Below, piece after piece: positions 1 through 11,800 of a stretch of 64,000 nt of DNA; the stretch's first letter is position 1, and the number at the start of each line of letters is the position of its first letter. Source of the stretch: a virus; IMG/VR virus record IMGVR_UViG_3300007541_000016, positions 23,159-87,158 of that record, one strand, 5' to 3'. The translations under genes were made by a program, and so were the position numbers. Under the pieces are notes generated by a model. It had not been told where the DNA came from and did not search any database. It saw only the letters and a program-made list of their open reading frames with translations.

Positions 1-6
1 CCAACT

Positions 7-2340
7 ATGGCGGAAGATTCCTATAGAAAAGGTCTAAGCAACGTATTTACAAATTTGTCTAATAATCCAAACGTTTCAACAAACGCAGCTGCCTTAGCAG
101 AAATGAACGCAATTGCAAGTAAATATAAATTAAGATTAACTATGTCAGAAGGAGAGGGGATACTTGGTTCTTACATTAATACCCTAACTGCATTAGGTTC
201 TTCTGTTGAGCAGTTTGATGATGTAGTTAATCAATTAAGAGGCTCAGGTATGGGCGAAATTGCAGATTCAATAGATAAACATTTAGCAGCATTTATTATT
301 GGATCGGAAAATGCAATTGACTTTACAAAGGCAGCTGGAGGAATGACAATAAGAGGTTTAAATGACTCCCAAAAAGCAAACATGATAGTAAAATATATGG
401 CGGAAGCAGCAGCACTTTATGGAGATACTATTGACGAAAAAAAGTTTGCTGCAACGCTAGCTGATTTAGGAATAACAAACATCAATGAAGCTGGAACATC
501 AAATATAGTTAATTTAGGAAAAAGAATTGGCTTTATGAAAACAGCTGGAGAAATGCTTGGCATAGAAGAAATGAGAAGATTTGGTATAGATCCGACGCTA
601 GTACAAAGAAGCCTATCTGGCAAAAGGGCATTAGAAGCTTTACATCAAGGAATCATGAGTGGGGCTGACATAGCCCTTAGTCAAATAAAGAATACAACAG
701 CGGATCAAATAGCCAAAGGCGAAGGCATAAGAACTCAATTTGAAGCGCTAGAAAGAAATTCTAAAGAGCTACAGGCAGCAGTTTCTTTGTCTGCAAATAG
801 CAGGTACGCAGGGTTGTCCATTCAAACAACTTATGGAAGATTGGTTCAATCTACTTTTGGTGCAATTTCTAGAGAACAGCTATTAATGAGAAAAGCCTCT
901 GACATAGACTCTTTCTTTTATAAAAGACAAAAAGGAATAATGCCAACAGACATAGTTAATGTGGCTGAAAGAATAGTAGAAGACTTTAAAGCAGATTTTG
1001 ATAATATACAGGGCTTTGTAAAATCCCAAATGCAAGACATGGGAAACCTTACAAGCGAAGCTCAAGCAAGAGAGCAATTAGCTAAATTCGATCTTGCCGC
1101 AAAGTACGAAAAGCGTATTCAAGAAGGTGTTGAAGAATTAAGAAGAGTAGGCTACTCAGGAATAGAAGATTTAGATTTAGCAGACGCTATAGCATACGCT
1201 GGTAGAATGAAAAAAGTTGGTAGAGCAAGTTTAGAAGATTTTGTAATGGGATCGGATCCAAGAGCTGAAGCTTTGATTCCCAGACTTTTTGCCGATGCAG
1301 ATCTCAGAAGAAGATATACAATTTTGGCAACTTCTAATGACTTTAAATCAAGCAAATCTTACAAGCTTCAACAAGTCATGGATAGAGCATTGGGCAGATT
1401 GGGTCCAAGCGCTAGAACAAGAATAGAGGAAGGATTAACTGATTCTGTTTCTATAATGAAATTTTTACGTAGAATAGGTGACAATCCTAACTCAATTAGA
1501 ACTGCAAAAAATGTTCCTGGAGCAACTGTTCAAGAGCTAGTTAACGGAATTATGAGTATAGATGATTTTAATAGATTAGTTGGAAAAAACATAAAGAACG
1601 TTGGAGCAAGTGCTATCGGATCCTTTGCGGATAAAGATTACGGTGTATTAAATTTAACTGGCGCAGGAAGAACCGCAAAAAGAAAATATCAAACAATTTA
1701 CGATGATATTAAGAGAATGTCAAATCAAGCTGAGTTAGACGAGTTTGAAAATGAAGTAAGATATGCAGATGGTATAATTGGCGATTTAAATACTCTATAT
1801 AACGCAAGGGCCAGGGGATTAGAGGGTAGATACATGACATCGTCTGGAGATATAGTTCTACCAAAATTGACAAGCAGTAGAGCCGGTATGGCTGGTGCTA
1901 CTCAGGCAATAGAAGGTCAAAAGTATAAAAGATTATCTTCTTTAATTGAAGACGGCACAATAAGAAACCTAATGCAAAAACCATACATGCAAGGCACCGC
2001 AATGGCAATAGCTGGCTTAGCTGCATTTGGTCTCATATATTCTGCAGCAAAAGACAGAACGCCAGAAGACATGCAGGGTCCTCCACTGCTGCCTGGAGGA
2101 AGTGCATACGAAACTGGGTATCCTGGAAATACTTTAAACCTTCCAATACCTCAAGATTTATTAGCTTCTAATCAAAATGGCGTTACATATAAGGTAAATG
2201 TTTCTGGCAATTCTGAAAACGCTAGAAGATTTAGTGAAGCAGCAAGATCAATGTCTTCAGGTTCTTCTTCTATAAATTACTATAATAATATTCCAAATTT
2301 GTCAAAAGATCCATATAAACAAATTGGAGAATCTTTTTAA
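7..2340 (+). CDS. C-terminal part of a tape-measure-like virion protein (probably begins upstream of the window)
   Basis: Helical Ala/Gly-rich 777-aa ORF open from the window edge, with a hydrophobic segment near the C-terminus (GTAMAIAGLAAFGLIYSAA). It lies directly upstream of the hub/baseplate genes. Confidence 0.5.
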   Translation: MAEDSYRKGLSNVFTNLSNNPNVSTNAAALAEMNAIASKYKLRLTMSEGEGILGSYINTLTALGSSVEQFDDVVNQLRGSGMGEIADSIDKHLAAFIIGSENAIDFTKAAGGMTIRGLNDSQKANMIVKYMAEAAALYGDTIDEKKFAATLADLGITNINEAGTSNIVNLGKRIGFMKTAGEMLGIEEMRRFGIDPTLVQRSLSGKRALEALHQGIMSGADIALSQIKNTTADQIAKGEGIRTQFEALERNSKELQAAVSLSANSRYAGLSIQTTYGRLVQSTFGAISREQLLMRKASDIDSFFYKRQKGIMPTDIVNVAERIVEDFKADFDNIQGFVKSQMQDMGNLTSEAQAREQLAKFDLAAKYEKRIQEGVEELRRVGYSGIEDLDLADAIAYAGRMKKVGRASLEDFVMGSDPRAEALIPRLFADADLRRRYTILATSNDFKSSKSYKLQQVMDRALGRLGPSARTRIEEGLTDSVSIMKFLRRIGDNPNSIRTAKNVPGATVQELVNGIMSIDDFNRLVGKNIKNVGASAIGSFADKDYGVLNLTGAGRTAKRKYQTIYDDIKRMSNQAELDEFENEVRYADGIIGDLNTLYNARARGLEGRYMTSSGDIVLPKLTSSRAGMAGATQAIEGQKYKRLSSLIEDGTIRNLMQKPYMQGTAMAIAGLAAFGLIYSAAKDRTPEDMQGPPLLPGGSAYETGYPGNTLNLPIPQDLLASNQNGVTYKVNVSGNSENARRFSEAARSMSSGSSSINYYNNIPNLSKDPYKQIGESF

Positions 2341-2349
2341 GGACCTTAA

Positions 2350-2817
2350 ATGCGCGATATAATTTCTCAAAATAGAGAGCTTTCCAACGCCGGAAAGACG
2401 CCCAAGGATACTAGCCCAAGAGTAGAAAAGGCAAACCAAGATTCTGGTTCGGTATCATCTTCAAAAAATCCGAATAGTAATATTAATGAAAACAAAAGAA
2501 AGATATCAAACTCTGCCCGTAATGCAGTAATAACTTCCGGCAGACCCTCTTTTGAGGGGTATATGAATTCTTCATCTGCTCATATATCGGTAAATGGATC
2601 TGGTTATTCAAATAGATCAGTACAAAAAGCTAGATATAAAGAAAATAATACTCAAAAATTTATTGAAAATAAAAGTAATTTACTCTCAGCATTAAAAACC
2701 AATAGTTCTTCTGGTATAATAAATAGGCATTCTGAGTTTAATTCGAGTGGAGTATTTTCAGAAGGTTCTTCAAGTCAAAGAATTTCAAACATACTAAATA
2801 ATAATAGTTTAATTTAA
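2350..2817 (+). CDS. hypothetical Ser/Asn-rich protein
   Basis: 155-aa ORF with AAGGA RBS, tightly packed between flanking genes. Confidence 0.6.
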   Translation: MRDIISQNRELSNAGKTPKDTSPRVEKANQDSGSVSSSKNPNSNINENKRKISNSARNAVITSGRPSFEGYMNSSSAHISVNGSGYSNRSVQKARYKENNTQKFIENKSNLLSALKTNSSSGIINRHSEFNSSGVFSEGSSSQRISNILNNNSLI

Positions 2818-2825
2818 AGGTATAT

Positions 2826-5800
2826 ATGGCTAATAATGAAAGAGTAACAGAAACAGAAGCTACAAGTTACCTTCAGAATTTCTTTGCGAGCTTACAATTT
2901 AAGACAAAAATTGATGTTGATGGCGAAGAAAAAATTATAGACGGTTACGAAATTACATTAGGTAAAACTCTATACGATTATCTTTCATTGAATCATACCA
3001 TCCCATCAAACATTGTTGGTTTGAAGATGGCGGATTTTTACAGTAGACCGCTCCTAGACGCAAGAAAATCATTAATTAGCACGGATGCAACAAGGGATAT
3101 ATTTTTTACAAATACAAATCCAACTACTGAAGAAGGAAGAAACATTGCCAACACAGGCCTTTATTATAACAGTAAAACAAAAAGGTTTACATACTATCAA
3201 AGTAGCGGAGATAAGCAACATAGATTAAATACCGAAAATATAATAGATCCAATAGACTTTTTTGAAATAATATCGCCACACGATCTTGATTTTACCAAGA
3301 GTCAGGATATAGAAAAGTTTAATTATTTACATAGTAGAGTTACACAAAATGGTTTAATGAGAATTTTATTTTTTAAACCACAAATACAAAAATTTGCCCA
3401 AAAAAGATATGTCAATAAAGACGCACTTCAAAAGTCTGCACTAAACGCATTAGATCCATCTGGTTCAGACCTAGAGTGGATCAATATGCTCTTAGAAGCA
3501 TATAACATCTTAATTAAAGATCCAATTTTAACATATCAGATATATCAGTTTATGCCAAACCTGGCAAAGTTTTTGTTTGATGCAATAGCAGCTACAGCAG
3601 ACTACTCAAATGATGGAATGGGCGGAGATACTAGTGACCCATTAAATGATCCAGTTCAAATAGCCCTAAGAATGTTTAGATCTTTTGGTCTAGATAAAGA
3701 TGGAGAGCCGGTATTCCAACCAGCTTGGACATTAATTAACACTGGAATAAGAATACAGAAAGCTTTAGAGCAGTTTCCGTTTAGAGCAAATATACCACCT
3801 AGAACTCCAGATATATTTCACCTGAGGATAGGTGCTTCAAACTTTTATGTGCCACCAGTATCTATTAATGTTGATACCAACTTTAGAACTGGAAGCCTTA
3901 CTGGTGGAGCAATCAGGCAAAAAAATACTCCAAAATTCAATACAGGATACAAAGATACTACAATTTCATTGAGATTGTATTTTCCAAACTATGAAGAAAT
4001 ATGGGGAATATCAATAGTTGATGGTACAAAAATAGATCTTACACAAGGAGATCAGTTTAAGGTAGATTTTAGTACTGATTCAGAAGATAGGATAGACAAA
4101 TTCCTTTCTTCATTAAGAGGACTTGTGGCTATGTTTAAGTCTTCTCCAATTATTCCGATTAAAAACGACTACCTAAATAGGGTTCATGGAATCACTGGCG
4201 TAAGCTTAGCGAATATGTCCATGTCTACTATACCAAGTTTCCCATTCTGTCTTGTTGTAGATTTAGAAATGAAAGCATTTAACCATAAGCCATTTCTGCC
4301 GATGATAAAAGACTTTAATCAGGCAGTTCATTGGGGTAAATACAGACACTACATGGGAAGAGCAGCTTCTGTTCTAGACAAATATATCAATAATAAATTC
4401 TTGGTTAATTCAGTCGTTGACATGGAGCCGGAAGGGTATAAAGATGTAACACTGCCAAACACAAGCAATCAAGAATCCAGCAACCCAGTAGCGTCAACTA
4501 CTGATAATGTTGAATCTGAAAAAACTACAGCTGATACATCTATAGATGAAAGTACGTTTTCAACTGTTTCTGTAGATCCATACAACGATTGGAAAAATGG
4601 AAACAATATTGAAATCTACATGCCAGAAAGAGTGCAGAGTAAAATATTCAGTCCAGATACATCAACGTTTAGAAGTGCGCAAGAAAAAATTTTAACAGAC
4701 ACCAGTAGGGGAATGTGGAACTCGTTACTGTACGTAATGGGAATAGACGTCAATGAATCAGCTGGCTATGGAAGAACTTTAGACAGTGTTGTCAATACAA
4801 CTCTTGACAAAGTATTTAATCCGAGTTTAAAAAGAAAGGTTACTACAGCGCTTGATTTACTTTTGGCTGGTAGGGGTTCAGAAGGAATAAATGAAAAAGT
4901 TTACGATTACTTAGCTAACGTATATATATTAAATAATCCAACAATATTTAATATTCCCGGAGGAATTGAGTACATTCTAAGAAGATCAACAGAAGCACCT
5001 TCTAATGACTATAATGACTTTAAGCTCCCCAGCATGCCAAGGGACACCACCACTGGAGAAAATAAACAAGGTGTTACATTAGTAGAGGTTAGAGCATACT
5101 TAGAAAATCAATCAAATGGTGAGTCTGGTTTATTAAATCTTTTAATAGAAGAAATTGTTCAAGAAAAGTTAAATGACAAATCATTGAAATTATCTGAAGA
5201 GGAAGCAAGAATTCAGGCAAAAGAAGACTTGGTTGATTCATTTAATAAAACTCTTTATGAAAGATTCTTTATAGCAGGACCCATAAAAGACTACATCGAC
5301 GCTGCCCAGGCAAAAGAGGGTTCTATTTCATTTAATGAATGGGAAGTTCCCATGATAAAAGTTGATTTAAATCCAAAAAATGTCATAGTTGATGGAATAA
5401 GTTTAACCATGGGCAATAACTTGGTTCCACTTCAAGTGCAGATGCAAGACGAGCCAACTTATCAACACATTGGCGGAAAAGATACATACGTAAGTATGTC
5501 TTTGACTATTTTTGGCGAAGAAGAATTAATAAAAATTAGAAATATATTTGAGCACATAAGTGGCCTTGCAAGACTAGAGCACGCAGCCGGGGTTATAGGT
5601 TTTCTTGGAATAAAGAATATTATATCCGCACTAGCTGGAGTAAAGTACGTATTGCCATTGAGATATAATGTTGATACAATACCTAATTTTCCTCATGTAT
5701 ATAAAGTTCAACTAACACTAGTTGACTTTGATATATTCCAGCAAAAGAGAGAAAAACTTTCCAGCATTCAACAGCAGAAATTTATTGAAGAGTTTGCTAC

Positions 5801-8800
5801 GAAGAAGAATCCATTTTTAAGATTAAAACAATTATGGGGTATGTTTAATGGTTATCCAGATCTTCCATTAGAAGTTTACGATAAAGATGGAAACGTAGTT
5901 GGATGTCTTGATCCAGACTACTATTTTAGAAGTTTTGAAATGTTGGACAGAGATGTCGTTAATAATCAATCAATCCAAGAAGCAGCCAGATTAACCGCTT
6001 CATTTAGCTCAGAAAAAAACGACACTCGCAGTGAAGCGGAAAGATTAAAACAAGACGAAAATTATGTAAATGAAATAGTAAAATATTTACAGTCAGATCA
6101 AATAGAAGAGTTGACAGTTTGGGCCGAATCAAATCAGCTTAGTCCCAGTCAATTATATTCTTTAATACAAAAAACAATCAAAAAGTATAGCAGTCTTAGC
6201 GAATCTCTATTATTAGATTATGTTAGCTCTTTAACTTTTGAGGATAAAATATATATATTTACAGATACTAATTTCTCGGTTCCAATGGGACAATTCCAGG
6301 TTGGGGAAATAACTTCTGGAACAAGAGAAAAGTTAGAAAAAACTCTTCAAGAGGTTTTAAATCAAACTAAAGAAGACGACAAATATATCAGTATCAATCC
6401 AGATAATTTAACAGAAGGTATAGACAATCTAGACAACGAAGAACTATTAGAGTATTTCCATGGCATGGTATACGCAATACCGGCGTTAGAAGAAGGATAT
6501 TCAGATAAAGTTCCAGCTATGATGCAGACTGCAGCGGGATATAATTTTGGATACCTAGATAGACAAGATGGCAGGTTCTATCTTCAGAATAATGATTTTA
6601 ATGTTAAAAAATCAAAAGATGATAAAAACAATCAAAAAAATAATGTTCACTTTACAAAAGTAGCAGATACACAAACGCCAGACAATCAAGCAACCAACGC
6701 ACACATGGCAGAAGTGGGAACTAAAGCATTAGCCGAGTATCAATATGCCTATTCCTCTGGTGGAAGAGAAGCAGAATCAATAGGTCCAAATAAGGGTGAT
6801 CAATTTTCCGTAACAAAGCATTGGGAAAAAATGTTATCGGATACATCTTATAGAGATATATCGGGAAGAATGATTCGAGCATATCCAACCTACATGTTAT
6901 GGCTAATAGATGAAGGTGGAATGTTTTTCGGCACAAAAGTCTTTGACAATTTTTATGGCCTACAATCTATAATAGATTTTTCTATAGTTCAGTCAGAAGA
7001 TATATTAGGCGATACTCTTATATTTAGAGTCTCTAATATGTATTCTAAATTAAATAGACCAGAAACAAGTAGAATATTTGAGCCAGGTGCTACGTCTGAT
7101 CCTTCAACATTTAATATGACTGAAGGAATTGGTAGAATAATAGACACACTGCTCAATAGATCAAGAAATTTTAAAGCTCATTTTGACAATAAATATGTTG
7201 TAGACATAGAAAACATAAGACTAAAGCCTGGAGTTAGAGTTCACTTAAGAGGTGGTTATGGGTCAAATCCAAATTCACTTCAAACACTATTTAACGGAAT
7301 GATTACCAATGTTGAAATGGGAGAAATAGTTACCGTAACCTGCCAATCAGACGCCATAGAACTTAGTCCAATAATAAATTCTGCAAACAAAAAAGGCGAT
7401 AGCGGAAAGATAGATGGTGGAATAAATACTGGAATGTTTTTGTCGGAACCTAGAGACTTAATGGTTAAGCTTCTTTCTATGGGAACTTCAAGGTTTAGAG
7501 AAGCTTTTGCCCATGCAACTAGGGGTACTGTTTTCTCTGAAAATAAATTTGGAATCAGGCACTTTGGTTCCATATTGTACGAGCCACTTAACGAAGTAGA
7601 GGCTCAAAAAAACAAAGCAGTAAGAGACTCGTTTAAAAACGCAATAGATGCAGTTAGTGACGATTCATTTGGTGTCTCTAGTTTAATAAAAGGCGCATGG
7701 AATAACACTCTTGGAAGTTATAATGGAGTGGATCTTGCAATCACTGGCGCTGCAGCTGCAGCTGGAGCTGCTACTGGTGGATTAGGCGCAGGAATGCTGG
7801 CTGGTGCTGCTGGCGGATTTTTAAGAAATCCTATGGTTGGACACATGAGAACACTTATGGCTAATCTTTCTACCCAAAGAGATTATGAAATCTTTAAGAG
7901 AAATATATATCCAGGTAATGGACTTGGTGTTTCTCAATTCCTCGGTGGAGACCTTGATTCTGGATGGTCTACAGCTGCAACTGCAAGTCTTGATGAGTAC
8001 GATAAATTAGGCGAAGAAAGAAAGTCTTACTTGAGAAGACTAGGAGACGCTTCGTGGGATTTTGCAATACAAAGAAATAATCCTTTAGTTTCAGCTATAG
8101 CACAAACAAATAATAATAATATTTACAATAGCAGTAATGCCGTAGGGTCTGCTCAGGCCCTATCTGTAGCTGCAGCAGCTGCCGGAGTCGGATTAATTGC
8201 AGTGGGAATGCCCGTAGTTGGAAGCGCAATGTTGGGATCTGGATTACTAGGCGCAGTAAATGGAAGATCAACTGCAGCAATATTTGAAACAATGGGATTA
8301 CTGTCTTCGTTGGACGACGATCTTCCTGGCTTTGATGAAGTCTCCTTTAGAGCACAAACCTACATGAGATCAGTATGGGACATGTTTCAGATGTGCGCTA
8401 GACTTCTTCCAAACTATATAGTTGCAATTAGACCGTTTGAAGATAGATCTACAGTATTTTTTGGTAAACCACATTGGCTCTATACTTCGGGCGTTGTTCC
8501 TGTTTCGACCGGTTTCCTAAGTGAGGAGTCGGCAATAAGAGCTGGCAAAAAATATAACGGACCAAAGGTTCTTGACAAAGATTCAGAGCTAGTAGAACTA
8601 TTGGACATAATTAACAAAGGTTCTAGCCCGATGGCGGATGCAACTGCGTTTACTCAAAACTTTGAACCACTCAACGCTGCAAAACAACAGCAAGAGTTTA
8701 TGTACTCTGGACAGTATGAATACGCCCCACTTGAGTATATAAAGAATCCAAAAACAGGAAACTATGAAAATAAATTAATTAACTTTCAAGATCCAAGAAG

Positions 8801-11800
8801 AATGTTTTATTATGATGAGTCACAAAAAAGAATAGCAGCTAGATTACCTTTAAACAAAGGTACAGTGTCTGTTGGTTTCCACCTTCCATTTGGAAAGCCT
8901 GGCTTAACAGAAATTGATATAACAGAAATGTCAAGTGGCCATAGGCAAATACCGCAACTTCCATTTAGATATCAATTTCCATATTTTACAGATAGAAAAA
9001 CTGGCTCGTTTGATGGAATCCATAGTAAATATATTTTTAATTCTAATATGGAATCACTTATCTCTTGGGATGTCGATGAATTTGTCCATATCAAAGAGGG
9101 TAAGGAAGTTGATTATTCGGGCGAAAAGACAAAAACCAACTGGACTGGTGGACAAAACTATTTCAATCTATTAGCCGCAGAGTTTAAAGTTCTATCGCAA
9201 AATTCTTCTGGATTAATAACTCCGTCAAGTGATGAGTTTTCCAATGGAAAAGAACAAACTTCATTTACTCAAAATTTATCAGCTTTTCATTTTACTTCTA
9301 GTCTACTAACACAAAATAGCGAACTTGCATCATACGGAAACATACTTCTTAATACAGCTTTTATGGACGCAAATAGTACAGACGCAAATTTCAAATTTGT
9401 TGTAATGCCGTTCCCTTCGTGGGATAACATGAAAGGGGCTACGCAAACTGAATTTGAAAGTGTAGATGCTGCTGATCCTAGCGAGTTTTATGGAGGAAAA
9501 ATAACACCAACAAATGATGATTCAAACAATAAAACTTTTGAAATAGCTAGCAATTTTGAATTTAAACAAAGCCTAAGAAATAATCTTGTATCTAGAGAAA
9601 AAAAGATATACTCAGAATGGGGTATGCCAGAAACAGCAGAAGATGAGCAGTTCTACGTTGCAATGAAGTGGCCATATAAGCCAGAGTGGTTTGATGACAT
9701 AAACCTAAAAATGGGTTATGCAAATCAATATGGCAATACCGAAACAGGCCTATTGCCCCCTGGTGCTAATAAAGATGACGTCAATACTTGGGGCCTTTAT
9801 GGATCTGCGCAAGACTATAAAAATAGAAAAGTTTTAATATATAGCCCAACAACAAATACGGCTGTATGCTGCAGGCCAGCATACTTCCTATGGGGTAATC
9901 AAAAAGATCAAATATTTAATGATAAAAATATAAATAGCGTAGACGTAAATGCCCTCGATATAAATAACGGCAATCCGTACATAGACGCAGTTGTATCTCC
10001 CGATGCTGCGTATCATTTGGGCATACTAAACACATATGGGGTTGTGGATTACGAAAGTAGCGATTATGCAAACTACGGTTTTGAAATGGGCCAGCTAACA
10101 AATAATCAAATAAGAAATACCGTTCTTAAAGCTATGGCAAAATTAGTTTATGGTGACGCTGACTACGATTTTTATTCAGATGATAAAACATCGGAATTAA
10201 ACAAGTTTTTAGGCACTTCCGTAGTTCCGTACGCAAGGTCCTGTTACTTTACGTTTGTTGAAGATGATTTTCCTCTTGGTGTTATACCTGCAACTCACAT
10301 AAAATCAAAACTATACAATTACGAACAAACAAATGATAATCAAACAAAATGGAACGCAGAAGAAAATTATATTATTGGATTTGGAAGTCCAAAAGATGGC
10401 GAATTATCAGCTCTGTATAACGGCGGAAACGATGCAGGACTATTTACAGATTTTCAAAAACCAAATTCTAATGAAACATACAGATCATTTGGCTATTTAG
10501 CAGATGTACTAAAAGATCCAAGTATTATAAAATCAAATGACGCAATTGTTAAAAATATATTTGCTCCCAAAGAAAGCATATACTTTGCAAACGCACAAGA
10601 AGCAGCAGCCGATGCAATAATTGGCGGAAACTGGATTGGTTGGTACGAATCTGTATTAAATGGCGAACTTAATAAAATTAGTAAAGATGAACTGTACAAG
10701 GTTTTAGATGGGGAAGTTGACACTTTTAAAGATAACGACTCAAAAAACAGTGGAAGAGTAACATTTAAAGATGTATTTGATCAATCAGATTTGACTATTG
10801 CCATAGAAGCTAGACGTAATTATGACGAAGATTATGATCCAAATGTAAAAGTCATAGCTGGAAATGGAAGAACATTAGCAGAAGCTAGAGAAATTTGGGA
10901 TTTCTTCAGAGTCAATTTCCACGACGAAAGAATGGTAAAAGCTCTATTTTACGAAGCCTATGCACTAGATCCAGATGATGAAGAGCCTCTTCCAGATTTT
11001 ATTATTGATTTGATTATGAATAATGAAAAGAGCTTGGAAGAAACAAATATATTCCAAAGATACACAGAAAAACAAATTGCAGTTCCAAAAAGAGGAACTG
11101 TAACTCAAACTGGAGTAGACGCTTCTGAAAATTTTGAAATTCTTTTAGGAGAAGAATTTATAGATGGCACAAGAACTTATCGAGTTCCTAAAAGCGGTAC
11201 CCAAGAAGTAAACAATGAAAATGCAGCAAAGCTGACAAAAGAGGCCATTCAGTTCAGCGCAGAAAAATTCTTAGATTACGAAGCTTCATATGATCCAGAA
11301 ACCGGCGCTATTAGGAAGGGTGAAGTTCCTGGTTTATTTCAAGATCTCGATTATGCAATAGTAAGCAAGTATGCAAATCTTTCTGGTTTGATTAGATTCT
11401 TGATAGAAACACCAGTTAAAACGGACGAAGACATCAATGAAGTTACAAACCCAATAACTAAAAATCTTATTTCCTTAAGAGCTCAGCTTGGTATTAAGAA
11501 CCAAATGACAGACAAAGAACGAAAAGAAATCTTATCAAAAATTAATACCCCAAGAAAACTATACCTTTTTATAGTTGGTTGGTTTAGACAGGTTTTGTGG
11601 TCAGATTCATACAATAGAGCTTGGCTAGTTTTAGTTCCAAATAGAAGACTTCAACATTATTCTAGCAATCCTTTACTTTTTGGAAGCATTGGAAATGGTG
11701 GCTTAAAGAGGTCCGATGGCAAATGGGACTTCTCTCCAGTATATAAAGCATGGCAAGCTTTCGTTGATCCAAATTCCTCATACGCAAAGAAGCCAGAGCA

